This document shows positions 21,657 through 33,534 of a stretch of 64,000 nucleotides of DNA, piece after piece; position 1 is the stretch's first letter, and every line of letters starts with the position of its first letter. Under the pieces are notes generated by a model. That model had not been told where the DNA came from, did no database searches, and saw only the letters and a list, made by a program, of their open reading frames with translations. Origin of the DNA: Perkinsela sp. CCAP 1560/9. Lineage: Eukaryota > Protista > Euglenozoa: Kinetoplastea. The position numbers were made by a program, and so were the translations under genes. Location of the stretch: positions 372,001 to 436,000 of the forward strand of contig CBFFSA010000012.1 of assembly GCA_965644495.1 (NCBI GenBank), written 5' to 3'.

Positions 21657-22858
21657 TTAGACTCTTCGTTAAACGCGGTGGTTGTTTTCAACTTAGAAGT
21701 CACTCATGCTGCGCGTTGAAAACTACCGCCGCGTTTAACGAAGAGCCTAAAAAAGAAAATTTGGCCGGGGACGCTGAAGAAAACGGAAGGATTTGAGCCA
21801 TAAATAACCAATTTTTAGGTAAAAATGGGGTGATTTTTAGGTATTTTTGCTCTCAGAGCACTAAATTCGACTTTTGCGTGTGAGAAAACACTCGTAGGCA
21901 TGTATTCGAGGCTACAGAACGTATTGGGTAGAGAAGGCGACTCCAACCACACCATTCTTCCGACCCAAAAAGACCCCTTTTTTCGCCTTTTTTCGTCAAA
22001 AATGTGTCATTTTGGGAGGCGTACCACAGTTTCATGAAGCGACATCTCGCGAAAACAATGGCGCAGAATGCTAGAATAGGTCCCAAACTATCAAAATACA
22101 ATAGAGGAAACAATTTTGGAAAACTATTTTTTTTACCATTTTTTTCGTCAAGTTGAAATTTTTTTCAAAAACAAAATCCGAAAAAATCCGAACTTGACGG
22201 ACCAGTCCTGGGGATACGCGGGGGGGTCACCCCCGGGTAGGGGGGTGGAAAATGCGCTCCAAGACCCCGGCTACCCTTTCTGCGGTTTTTTTTCGAAAAC
22301 TAATTTTTTCGAAAAAATTTGCTCGACCATGCCCCCCCCCTGGACCCCCACTGGACCCCCCAAGGGTCCGATTTTTTTTGAAAATTTTTGGACCACCGGT
22401 GCCCCTTTTATAAATTTTTCTTCTAAAGGGGGGTTCGCCTATTATTAACAACCATCTATTATTAACAATGGTATTAAATTTTATTTCATCTATTATTAAC
22501 AAGAATTAATTTCCTTCACTTTTCGCAGCTTCCCTAAAGGAAAATGCGCTAAAAACAACTTTCATGGAGCCTTTTTTTTTGTAAAAGTGGGGTTATTCGT
22601 GGGGACAAGGGTAGGAAACAAGCCTAAAACAAGCCTAAAAGGTTGATTGTTAATAATAGATGAAAAGTTCATCTATTATTGAAAAAGGGGGTATTATTTC
22701 ATCCATTATTAACAAACCGTCTATTAGTAACAAAAGCGTTTGTTAATAATAGACGAACCCCCCCTTTATTACTGTGTTCCCCTTTATATTTTTACTGTTT
22801 TTGTTCACTTTTTTTTCATTAATCGAGGGTAGAGCGGTAGTTTTACAACCACCGCAAT
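21657..22858 (+). mobile_element. Family A element, near full length, with nested MITE
   Basis: Colinear with 34961..35878 from the palindrome to caaccaccgcaat. Confidence 0.88.
22426..22766. mobile_element. TA-flanked MITE nested in family A
   Basis: TA|aagggggggttcgcctattattaaca ... tgttaataatagacgaaccccccctt|TA. Confidence 0.85.
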
Positions 22859-23759
22859 AAACCACATACCTGTTTAACATACCTATACCTTGGATAACAT
22901 ACCGGGGGGTATGTTATTCTGGCCTGCGACACTTAACATACCCCCCCTCGTCCCACGGCTTTTTTTGTGCAACGGTACAAAAATCCAACCCTAATATCAC
23001 GTACGGTTTTAAAAAAATGTTTCTTTTATGCGTTTTAAGATATATTTTGATACGTTTTAGCATTTAGTACTACACGCGGTACGTTTTACCATTTCATTCT
23101 TATTTTTACCAATAGGGCGTTGACAGCCCAATTCTCATTTTTACTCTCTGAATGGTGACTTTTACTGTAAGTGAAGTGAAGGAAGTGAGGCGCAATAAGC
23201 CTTCAATCCATAAACTTTTTCTGAAGTAGGATATTATAGTAACGTTGAATGAATATCCTAATTCGGCCTTTTTCAGCTTAATATCCTAATTCAGTAGTAT
23301 CCTTAGTATCCTCAGTAGTATCCTTCAGAATTATCCTAATTCAGCTTAATATCCTAATTCCGAATTACGATATTGATCCGACCCCCGGTTTATAAAGGGG
23401 GGGGGGGGCGATTAAAAGTTGGCACAGAAATCGCCCTACAATTGGGAGCAAGGGACGAGGAATTATCCAATCGTTAAGTGGGTCCCGGCGCTCTCCCAAA
23501 GGAAAATGTCCAGCACCAACCCGCGCCATACCTCGAAGAACCATTTAAATATATCAAAATATTTAAGACGGTGTAAGAAAAGAAAAAACGAATCTTCCTC
23601 GGTTCGCCAAAAAAACGAACCTATAAGTGGGGGAGGGGTTGAGGCTATCATAAACAGATGGGTACAGTATATTCTTTGACTTCTATTTTTTTCTTTTTAT
23701 TCTTTGTTGCCTAAGGTGCAGATTTCGGACGTACTCTCATCAAAAAAATCTCTTTATTT

Positions 23760-25247
23760 ATGATGGAACCGACCAAAGACGAAATTCTTTGTGGCCTATG
23801 TAACGAGGGCAATACTTGCTATCTCAACAGCACATTACAAGTCCTAGTTTCACAACGGGATTTTATGAACGCCCTTCGACACGTAAAAACTAACTCCTCT
23901 GCTTCATATGTCACAGAATCGTCAAATTCTCTGCTTGTTGTGCGAAGAAAATTGTTTTGTTTGTTTTCATCTCTTCCCAGAGAAATGGGAAAGTCGTCAA
24001 AACCTGTTCTTCCATCGGGAATTCGACGTCTTCTTTTCGAACTTAATTCTGTTTTTACGCATTGCGATCAAGCAGATGCTGCAGAGTGCCTTTTAACTCT
24101 TTTAGCTAGTTTGGAAGAGCACCTTTCGGATAACGTTCTCATAGAAAACGAGTCGAGCACGTGTGTTCCATCAAAAATTAGGAGTTCCTCCTCGTATTAT
24201 TCTCTTTATGACACATTACAACGTATAGCACAACAACGTGCGGCATTGCACCACAAGCACGAGAGACGTAAATTTTCCCAGGAAATCTTTCACCATTCAA
24301 ACCTTCTCTCGTCGTGTCAAATCGACAGAACGTCAACCTCTGATGATACTTCGACCTCTCAAAAGCATCACGCACCTGAACCATTTTACATCCACTCCCC
24401 AAAGGCCTATGTTCGTCGTGGGGTGGTAAATACCTTCTTTGAGGGTTATCATCTGAATACTTTTTATTGCCATCACTGTCAATATTCTAGTCACTCCGCA
24501 GAGCCTTTCCTTATGCTCGAATTACACATTCCCTCTCACACTCAACTCAGCTCGTTAGACAAAATAAATATAAAAAGGTTACAAAAATCCTCGCCTATGT
24601 TTTCTGCTCTCTTTTCTGTACTTCATCCTTTTACAGCCTTAGCAAAGTCGGCCTGGGACTTTGTTTCTTCTCTTTTTACTCTCTCAGATGGAATTTCTCC
24701 TGCTCTTCGTTTGCAGGATTGTTTTGCCTCACACGAACGAGGTGAACGCCTATCGCACGAGAATGCTATTCTGTGCGACCACTGTGGGGTACGGTCGGAA
24801 GGCATTCGTACCACACAACTCCTTCATCTTCCCCCTATTTTAGTCATTCACTTAAAACGATTCTCCCATGGGATCTGGTCCACAGAAAAACTGCACACGG
24901 CAGTCTCGTGTCCTGAGATTTTGGATCTTAGCAACAGCGTGTGTTCTTTGGAGAAGGATACGGTCTGTGGGACCGATTCCTCGCTAGATGGCGAAAACAG
25001 AGCGAAATCCAGTGATTTCGATCCCCCTGCGCTTTGTTTTTCAAAGGATGCCCATAAAACGGCGTTGTATGAACTTAGCGCGGTGATCAATCATCACGGA
25101 AATCTAAGCTCAGGTCACTACACAGCGTATGTCAGGAATCCCTCCGTGGGCTGGGTTCTGTGTAATGACGAGCATTTGCTTCGTGTATCCACGGAGGAGG
25201 TTTTACAAAGTGAAGTCTATGTTGCGGTGTATCGCCGAAAATATTAA
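23760..25247 (+). CDS. Ubiquitin-specific protease (peptidase C19)
   Basis: Cys box GLCNEGNTCYLNSTLQ, QADAAE, CxxC..CxxC, IHLKRF, His box HHGNLSSGHYTAY, WVLCND. Confidence 0.95.
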   Translation: MMEPTKDEILCGLCNEGNTCYLNSTLQVLVSQRDFMNALRHVKTNSSASYVTESSNSLLVVRRKLFCLFSSLPREMGKSSKPVLPSGIRRLLFELNSVFTHCDQADAAECLLTLLASLEEHLSDNVLIENESSTCVPSKIRSSSSYYSLYDTLQRIAQQRAALHHKHERRKFSQEIFHHSNLLSSCQIDRTSTSDDTSTSQKHHAPEPFYIHSPKAYVRRGVVNTFFEGYHLNTFYCHHCQYSSHSAEPFLMLELHIPSHTQLSSLDKINIKRLQKSSPMFSALFSVLHPFTALAKSAWDFVSSLFTLSDGISPALRLQDCFASHERGERLSHENAILCDHCGVRSEGIRTTQLLHLPPILVIHLKRFSHGIWSTEKLHTAVSCPEILDLSNSVCSLEKDTVCGTDSSLDGENRAKSSDFDPPALCFSKDAHKTALYELSAVINHHGNLSSGHYTAYVRNPSVGWVLCNDEHLLRVSTEEVLQSEVYVAVYRRKY

Positions 25248-25538
25248 GAAACATATTCGGCATGTTAAGAACACATCAAGGACAACGGAAATAACAAAGG
25301 CGAGAAGTACTTTTTGGGGTGCGTTTTTTTTGACTGTTAGTAAGAAAAAGGTAACATCCGTCTTCCCTTTTTATAAATCTTTTTTCCCAACGCAATAGTG
25401 GAACGATCTGTGCGTATCCTTGGACACGTATCAGTATCGTCGAATTCTATTTCTACCTGTAAACCTCGGTATGCATTATGCTTTTATGCTTTAAGTTTCC
25501 TTTACAGCGTTTCTGCGTAACTTTGCAAGAAGACACCT

Positions 25539-26366
25539 ATGACTTTTCACCTAGCGATTTTCCTTGTTCACGCAGCCGATGATTCGAATACAATTAATAC
25601 ACAGCGAACCCTTCCGAGTAAGGTACGAGGTTCCCATTTACCACAGGAATACGAACTTTCACGCTTGATTGCCGATGTAGATAATCCGGATCATACCTGG
25701 AACACGTCAATACCTGCGTGTGAGTGGAAGGGCATAACTTGTAATGAGTATCTAAAAGTTACAAGGATTTGTTGGGGCAGTATGGGTCTTACTGGAATGC
25801 TTCGATGGGAATACCTCTCTTCTACGTTACATCACTTCCTCATTTGGCGGAGCAAGCTTACAGGAAACGTTAGCCTTGACACGCTACCTTCCCAACTTGT
25901 TCAAATACATGCATCCACCAATGCTTTCAAAGGTTCGTTGGATTTTATTCATTTGCCACATACATTGCAGTCGCTTGATCTGCATGAAAATCAGTTCACT
26001 GGCAGTGTGAATTTGGTCCAATTGCCTCAGAGCATACAACATTTCCTTGTGGGTAACAACAAGTGTTCAGGAAGCATTGATCTTACCTGTTTGCCTTCGA
26101 CTATATTACAGGTCAATTTATCAAACAATTTATTCACGGGACCTCTTGAATTGCAGCGCTTACCTTTATTACTCGAAGTTCTCGACTGCAGCAATAATTT
26201 TTTTTCAGGTTTCGTGATTTTTAAAAATCTTCCTAAACTTCGACTTCTCTCGTTAAAGAACAACGCTGAATTGAGCGGAACAGTTGACACATCCGAACTT
26301 TCCATACGAGTGGAAGAGATTAAAGTGACAGGCACAAAAGTGGTAAAGGGGGGTCCCGTCTATTAA
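25539..26366 (+). CDS. Small LRR-only protein, member 12
   Basis: VHAADD..PSKVRGSHLPQEYEL leader, cap, LRRs. Confidence 0.92.
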   Translation: MTFHLAIFLVHAADDSNTINTQRTLPSKVRGSHLPQEYELSRLIADVDNPDHTWNTSIPACEWKGITCNEYLKVTRICWGSMGLTGMLRWEYLSSTLHHFLIWRSKLTGNVSLDTLPSQLVQIHASTNAFKGSLDFIHLPHTLQSLDLHENQFTGSVNLVQLPQSIQHFLVGNNKCSGSIDLTCLPSTILQVNLSNNLFTGPLELQRLPLLLEVLDCSNNFFSGFVIFKNLPKLRLLSLKNNAELSGTVDTSELSIRVEEIKVTGTKVVKGGPVY

Positions 26367-26638
26367 ACGTCCCGTTTATGAACAAACGGTCAAGGAGGAT
26401 TTTTTTCTCTGAATGGAAATATACACACAGCGCTTTTTAGAGGAAAATTGCTTTTTTTAGTATTGCAATTGGTACTAAATGTGTGTGACCAATAAAGGTG
26501 AAAAAAGTGCAAAAACCGAAAATATGAATGAAAATAGCAATCAAAACCTATTTTCCTTATTTTTGGTCAGGGGAGTAGCTATTTATCATTCATATAATTT
26601 ATACCTAAGAAGTTCAAAAGTGGAGCTGTACATTTTCT

Positions 26639-27544
26639 ATGATTCGTTTTCTGCGTACGGTGCTTCGGTCTCCTCCTCCCGTGCCTCAGCAAATTCTGAA
26701 TGAGAAAGAGTGGTATACCTCGGAGAAATGGTGTAAGCTTTGCGCATGTCCAATGCCGACTGCGGGTATACATACCGGGGAGAAAGATCATCAGACTCTG
26801 GAGGTCTTTGTTGATAAAATATGGCAAGGCAATCACATGTCTTGGTGGGCTCATCACGTGTATGAGTCCGTTGGCTTACTTCGGGCACCGTATGCATCGC
26901 TTTACAATGTTTTTGATAAATTTGAAAATCAAAGATTATTTGTCTTGCACGAGGCCATTAAAACTCTTAAGGAGAAAAAAATCTCTCGTGGAACGAGAAC
27001 GATTCGCGATGGAGGTGGAACAACTCAATACCTAGTTGCCGCTCGCATGAGTCACATGACGTCCAAGATTTTGATAGGGCTTCTACCCCACGCCGCTAGT
27101 CGCCATCTTACGTCATATCTATCTATGATAACCTCGGATTTTTCTATGGAAGCAGTGTATGATATCCTTAGATTGGATCTACTTTACGGAAATTTAGATA
27201 ATCGACGGTCCTACATATTGAAATCCATACTCGGAAATTGTTTTGATATTACGTAGGACTATTCCCGCGGCTTCTGTCATGGAAGAAGAGCCTTGATCAA
27301 GCCTATAATAAAGGAACTGTGTTACTACGTTCAATGGGGTATCATTTGTGAGGCGATTATTTCTCGCATGCAAGAGTACATCGCTCGAGGGCAAATAGTG
27401 TGGGTGAATGAGCTGCACTGTGAAACGAGAAAAAATTTATTGGCTGACAAAATTATTCATAAATTGGCTCCCGTACACGAATCTACATCCGACGTGTTAA
27501 AAACTAGATTTGAAACCGATTTATGGAAACGTGATATCTGTTAA
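26639..27544 (+). CDS. KREPB/KREN-like editosome protein (U1-like Zn finger, degenerate RNase III fold), split by one in-frame TAG at 27254-27256
   Basis: Mitochondrial-type N-terminus MIRFLRTVLR; WCKLC-x9-H-x5-H..LE finger; frame stays open for 95 codons after the TAG (SRMQEYIARGQIVW). Confidence 0.6.
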
Positions 27545-27775
27545 CACATCACATCATTATGTACCCTAGTTCTAAACGTGGGTCCGGTTTATCCTCTTCT
27601 TGATCTTGATTAAAACTAGAGCGCACAAAGTTTTTTTCCTAATGAGTTCAATCTTCACGCGCTGAATTTAATCTTAGTAAATTATCGTTGTCGATTCTTT
27701 TGGCATCCCGCTGCTAGGGTGGCAGCGCTGCTACTACGATAGCAATCGTGTGGCCCCCGGTTTACTAAGGTACTA

Positions 27776-28089
27776 CTGTCCCTTTCATAAATAATTATAA
27801 ATTTGCCAGAATTTATAACGCTCCATATTTATAATTATTTATGATTTATAATTTCTTGACGCTATAATCATAATTTTTTGGGGGTAAATTTAAAATCACC
27901 CCATTTTTACCCGAAATTCGGCTATTTTTGGCTATAATCTTTCCGTTTTCCAGGCTAAATTTTCTTTTTTAGGCTCTTCGTTAAACGCGGCGGTAGTTTT
28001 CAACGCGAAGCGCGCAGCATGAGTGACTCCTAAGTTGAAAACAACCACCGCGTTTAACGAAGAGCCTAAAAAAGAAATGAAAAGGACAG
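27776..28089. mobile_element. TA-flanked MITE containing reverse family A palindrome (~27893..28077)
   Basis: TA|ctgtccctttcat ... atgaaaaggacag|TA. Confidence 0.75.
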
Positions 28090-28256
28090 TATCCCCCTAT
28101 CCCAGCGTTGCCTCAGTACCCCCCCTCATTAGCGTTGCTTTTTAGACTGTGTCTTCAAGACTCTCTTGCCGCGAAGCGGTGATTTTTTTTTTTTGACCCC
28201 CCCTCCTAGCGTTGCTTTTTCCCAAAACCAGGCAGCGCTAGGATAGGGGGGGATAG
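28090..28256. mobile_element. Short MITE
   Basis: tatccccctatcccagcgttgcct ... aggcagcgctaggatagggggggata inverted ends. Confidence 0.7.
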
Positions 28257-28694
28257 TACCCTCAACCCCACTCTCACTCCCCTCCACACCACAGTAACCT
28301 CCAACTCAAACCTCGACCTTCAACGTGCAAAAAGACAAAGATACGGTTTCTGTACTGATTTTCAGGTTAAAAAAAAGTGTCTCTATCCGCGCCCAATGAC
28401 ATCAACCCCCTAGTCATTTGTCATCCACCCGACACCCCCCCTAGTTATTTCTCATTTTTCTCCAAAAAGGGGTGTCAGTTAAGTAGGGGGTACAGTACCT
28501 ATACCTTCGTAATATACCGGGGGGTGGTAAGCTGAACAGTGGTTTAATATCAAAATTTCCAGCTTGATCTCAAACTTTGATTTTGAAAATGGAATGGCCC
28601 CCGGTTTATTTCCTTTACTATTCCACGACGTCAAAGTGGTATATTGAGTACCTCAATATTTAAGGAAAGTATACTTTGCAAAATACTTTTAGTT

Positions 28695-29339
28695 ATGGCT
28701 GCTCTTGCTCATCTCCTGAAGCTACATCTTACCACGTTTACTGTGATCCGCACTGCCGACTCGCATATATCTACGTCGCGTCCTTCTAAGGTGAGAAACA
28801 CAGAACTTCCAGATGAATACAATCTGGAGCGTTTTCTTAGAAATGTGGGGAAGCAGCATGATTCGTGGAGGGTTGAGAATCCTGTTTCTATGTGGGATGG
28901 TGTCACATGTAACAAGTTGGACATTGTGAAGAGTATCTCGTGGACAAGCCGCGACCTTACTGGAACTTTTCTGTGGGAATATATGCCGAAATCGACCGTT
29001 GCGTTCGACGTTCAACAAAATAGATTAAGTGGTGAAGTGCGCTTTGAACTTTTACCACCCAGTCTAGAATCGCTCAATTTAGCTCGGAATATGTTTTTCG
29101 GTCCTATTGATCTCAGATTTGCTCCGGTCGCTCTCACTGTGTTTTTCGGTGCGATGAATGAGTTCAGCGGCGAAGTTCTTCTTGGTAGTTTAAACCCAAA
29201 CTTTCAGTATTTATACCTAATGAATAATCCGGATCTTAAAGGAACAATTTGCGGATCCGAATTACCCCGTAGGCTTAAAACAACTGGGGTACTTCCGGGT
29301 CTTGATGTGGGAGGCACGAACATTAAACTAATTCCATAG
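28695..29339 (+). CDS. Small LRR-only protein, member 13
   Basis: Near-identical dispersed copy of 12710..13360. Confidence 0.9.
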   Translation: MAALAHLLKLHLTTFTVIRTADSHISTSRPSKVRNTELPDEYNLERFLRNVGKQHDSWRVENPVSMWDGVTCNKLDIVKSISWTSRDLTGTFLWEYMPKSTVAFDVQQNRLSGEVRFELLPPSLESLNLARNMFFGPIDLRFAPVALTVFFGAMNEFSGEVLLGSLNPNFQYLYLMNNPDLKGTICGSELPRRLKTTGVLPGLDVGGTNIKLIP

Positions 29340-30904
29340 AAGATTCCCATTTTCTCGAAATTGACGTTGTTCAACAACGCATTCCTTAAATAGAACTCAT
29401 TCTGCACATGAACATGTTTGTCCATAAAAGAGGCGCCGCTAAGCGGCGCCATATTTTTTTTACCTTTTTTTGGTTTTTTCCTACATTTATTTACTGTGCC
29501 TAGAGCCACGTATTGTGCCTAGAGCCAGTTATTGTGCAGGGGGGGCACAATAACCCGGAACACGGTTTAAGTGTCACAAGGCCACTTAGTATACCTACCC
29601 CCCCCAAAACAACTGAAGCGGAAGATGTCCCTTTTTAGAAACGACAGAGCCACTTTTCTAGCAAGCACAAGCCAAGAAGTCTTATTTCAAGGCCAAGTCA
29701 CCAATTTTCTAGCAACTAGAAAAGAAAGGGTATACCTGGTTGCAATGGCCAGCGAAGTCCCCGGACCTAAATCCGATTGAGATCGTTTGGTCCAATATGG
29801 ATGCGACAAAGGGCAACATTCACCCCCGAAATCGAATTCAATTGCTCGATGCCATCCACGTTGAGTTTCGCAAATTGGAAAACGAGCAAAACAACTGATT
29901 GCCTAAACACGCTTCGTAGCTTTCGAAAGCGTTGTTCCATCGTTGTCCAGAGAAATGGCAAGCACTTTTGGTATTAGTGGGCTTTTTTAAGGTAAATTGA
30001 ATAGTGTAAAATGTAAGTGACAAATCTCGTTTGGGAGCCATCTGACGATTTCGATTTCTACCCCGTGTTCTAATAGTTTTTTGGGTGAAAAGGGCATATT
30101 TTTGTACCAACTCTTCCGATTGACCGAAAACGATTTTTGTAATATTTGAATAAATTTAAATAATTTATTGGAATCTTCCATTAGAAAGGAACCGTTATAA
30201 AAAGAAAGTTAGCATCACCTTTAAAATTCTATTTCGCGCAACAATATGAGCTTCTACTGCGAAGGGTGTGATGTATTTGAGTGAGTAAAATCCTACCATT
30301 TGCTTACCGGATGAACATTCCTTCCTAGACTTTCCGAAAGCTCTTCAGCTCCGTGCTAAGGTGAATGCAATTCCGCAATGCAAGCATTTGTAATATTTCT
30401 GTGCATTATTAATGAGGAAGAATAAACTGTTTCTGTAAGTTTAAGAACTTTTTTCTACTCGTCGGGGAGAAATTTCATTGAAAACAAAAATTGGTATAAA
30501 AATATGCTCTTTTGACCGTTTTTTGTATTAAGACATGTAACTCTGAGAGAGCTCTCGAATGCGCTATTATTTTTCAAAGTTGGACAGTGTTTACAAATTT
30601 TAGACCCCCCAGGTGCAAGTGCCACCCCCTGTATATCTCCACCTGTAAATTGCAAGTTAATATTTAAATATTAACCCGCACACTGGGTTACGATATTATT
30701 CAATCAAGATCATTTTCGCCGTAAAAAAAAGCCTTAAAATCGTAATAGAGTACAACACTGTACACAAATTAAAATTCTCAACTTTGTCCAAGCACGGTAC
30801 AAACCCTTTCTCCTCTTTTTCGATCCTTAAACACAAAAAGACATACGTCCAACACCTCTTTTTTCCTCACCCTCTCTTCCCTCCCCTCTTCCCTCCCTCC
30901 CCCC

Positions 30905-32137
30905 ATGGAGCTCCAAATGCCCAACCCGCAGCTCCTGTGCCGCTCCCTGCGCTGTCTTCTGGAGCTGTGCGACACGGCCTGGGTGGAATTCGACCCCAAG
31001 GGGGTTTATTTCCAGGTCATGGATGAGGCCCGGGTCTCTCTGGGGACGCTGGAGATCCGAGGCAACCCGCTGCGCCACTACCTCACCTACGCCCCCACCT
31101 CCACCGCTGTGGGGTTCCCGCTGAAATCGGCCATCTCGATCTTAGCCTGTATGGGACCCTCCGATTTGCTGTCCCTGCATCTTGTGGCTCCGTTTGATGA
31201 GCTCAGGCTACGGAATGATGTGGATTGTGTGAAGAAACAACAAGGGGGGTTGGGGAGTGGTGGAAGTGGTGGAAATAACACGAAACCAACACATAAGAAT
31301 AACGAAGGCAACCGTCGTGGAAGCGCGAATGAAACACCAAACGGTTCAGAAACCTCAACAAACGCATCTTTTCCCGGAGGGGTTCGAAAATTCGAATCTT
31401 CTGTTTCTTCTCATCCTTTTTTATCCTCTTCCTATGATTCCATTGCCTTCGCGGAGGCGAACCCGGACGGGTCGCACTTCGGGCGGTGGGTTTTAAAACT
31501 TTGTGAGATCACCGACGCGCGGCATCCGCTGCCGGTACTCGCGTACCCCGTCGAGGTCGTCATGCCCTCCGATCTACTCAAGGAGGTGCTGAGCCTCTAT
31601 GAGGGGGCCACCGCGGTGTCGTTTACCGTGGAGGGGGGGAGCAACACGTTAGTGATTGCCCCCGAGGGGTGGGAGAAGGAAAAGAAGAAAACACGACGTA
31701 GAGGACGAAGGGGAAGGGGAGGAGGGGGGAATGAGGAAGAAGGAGAAGGAGAAGAGGATGAAAATGGGGAAAATGGGAGTGAAAATGAAAACCATGAGGA
31801 TGAAAACGAAACGCAAGCTCCTGCTGTTCCTCCTTCTACGGTGGATACGTTTGCGTTAGCATCTGGGGTGACGAAACTTCACGCGAAACCGGATTGTCCA
31901 AAATCGATTTCGGTGCTCTGGCGTCCAGAGTTGGTGCCGAACCCTAAAGCAACGATTGTTCGTGTGGTTCTTGGGTCTCGCTTCTTGGCGACACTTACTA
32001 AAGGACGGGAGGTGGTGAATACAGTACGTCTGTTTCTCGGGGATACCCATCCACTTCGGGTGCGGTATGATTTAGGGGATTTGGGCCACCTGCAGTTTTA
32101 TCTGGCTCAAGTGGTGGCGAGGGGGGAAGGGGGGTAG
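30905..32137 (+). CDS. PCNA: Divergent PCNA-family sliding clamp with two large insertions
   Basis: GVYFQVMDEARVSL ~ GVNLQSMDSSHVSL; PLRVRYDLGDLGHLQFYLA ~ [20 protein letters not shown]. Confidence 0.8.
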   Translation: MELQMPNPQLLCRSLRCLLELCDTAWVEFDPKGVYFQVMDEARVSLGTLEIRGNPLRHYLTYAPTSTAVGFPLKSAISILACMGPSDLLSLHLVAPFDELRLRNDVDCVKKQQGGLGSGGSGGNNTKPTHKNNEGNRRGSANETPNGSETSTNASFPGGVRKFESSVSSHPFLSSSYDSIAFAEANPDGSHFGRWVLKLCEITDARHPLPVLAYPVEVVMPSDLLKEVLSLYEGATAVSFTVEGGSNTLVIAPEGWEKEKKKTRRRGRRGRGGGGNEEEGEGEEDENGENGSENENHEDENETQAPAVPPSTVDTFALASGVTKLHAKPDCPKSISVLWRPELVPNPKATIVRVVLGSRFLATLTKGREVVNTVRLFLGDTHPLRVRYDLGDLGHLQFYLAQVVARGEGG

Positions 32138-32474
32138 TATGAGAGGAGCAGAGGGGATGGGGATAACAGGTCTTGGGGAATTGGGGATAAATTTGCGAGC
32201 TTGAAGATCACAATTTTGAGTGGACAAAACATCTTTTTCAAATGAATGTGTTCAGGAATACATGTAGCGCAAATGGGTTTGCAATGCAGATTTAGGTCGA
32301 GTGCAATTGTATAATCCAACTTGATTTTTTTTGCAATTTAGACTGGCACTTCACATTTCTTCCTTCATATTTCTACCTCAAAGTTTCGAAAGTTAACCTT
32401 TAATTTCTCTTACTGAACCTCGGAACAACATCCGTGCAATTTGATTACTGGATATAAATTTACAATCTTATTTC

Positions 32475-33293
32475 ATGTATGCCACTAGTATTTTGTATAA
32501 TACACGGCAATCGGATACGCAGCCATCCGCATCAAAACGAGGCAAGAAAGAAGAAAGCACATCAATAGCAAGTGGCGAGACAACACTAACCAGTATCGCT
32601 GTTGGTCGCACTGGAAAAATACGTGGGACACATTTACCTCAAGAATATGAACTCGCGTTTCTTGTTGAAAACGTCACAAATCAACTTCTTTCCTGGAATA
32701 CATCGACACCTGCATGTGAGTGGCACGGCATAAAATGTGATGACGGTTTAAATGTGTCTCAGATTGAATGGAAGTTTTTGATTTCATTCAAATTGGAGGG
32801 AACACTGCGATTGGACAAGATCCCCAAAACGGTACTCTACTTTGATGTAAGCGGCAATCACTTATCTGGCACCATAGAACTTGCACAATTACCTCAACCT
32901 TTGGCCCAACTTTGGCTGCACTGCAACCGATTCGAAGGCACTGTAGATCTTACCCATCTTCCACCGAATTTAACGAAACTATGCTTGTGGCACAATAATC
33001 TTTCCGGTGGTGTTGATCTCAGCTGTTTGCCATCCAAAATTACATATCTGAACTTGTCTTCGAATAAATTTACTGGATCAGTAGATCTCGAACACCTTCC
33101 CCCGTTTCTTCACGCGCTCAACTTGCAAGACAACGAATTATCTGGTCTTGTGTCATTTGATAGTCTTCCGAGAGGAATTGCCACACTGGGCCTAAGCGGT
33201 AATGGGGAACTTTATGGCCAAACTGATTTCTTAATTCTTCCTCGTTCTTTAAGAGATTTCAGTCGAGGACCAAAGATAAAGCTTTTTGGATAG
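32475..33293 (+). CDS. Small LRR-only protein, member 14
   Basis: RTGKIRGTHLPQEYEL leader, cap, LRRs. Confidence 0.92.
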   Translation: MYATSILYNTRQSDTQPSASKRGKKEESTSIASGETTLTSIAVGRTGKIRGTHLPQEYELAFLVENVTNQLLSWNTSTPACEWHGIKCDDGLNVSQIEWKFLISFKLEGTLRLDKIPKTVLYFDVSGNHLSGTIELAQLPQPLAQLWLHCNRFEGTVDLTHLPPNLTKLCLWHNNLSGGVDLSCLPSKITYLNLSSNKFTGSVDLEHLPPFLHALNLQDNELSGLVSFDSLPRGIATLGLSGNGELYGQTDFLILPRSLRDFSRGPKIKLFG

Positions 33294-33440
33294 GGCCTAC
33301 TGAAAATGTATTAGAAACTTAGAGGGTAGCCATCGCCCAAGTGACAGTATTCCGCCATATTCTGCCGATCACAGGAGAATTATCCCTTGGCAGGTAGAGT
33401 ATCAAGCAATAAGCTTTAGCTATTGTGCCTATTCACGCAT

Positions 33441-33534
33441 TAAGATAAGATAAGATAAGATAAGATAAGATAAGATAAGATAAGATAAGATAAGATAAGA
33501 TAAGATAAGATAAGATAAGATAAGATAAGATAAG
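33441..33534. repeat. (TAAGA)n microsatellite, ~19 units
   Basis: Direct reading. Confidence 0.97.

Noticed and set aside
29767-30181. Broken minus-strand ORF, possible TE protein
   Set aside because: No recognisable motif
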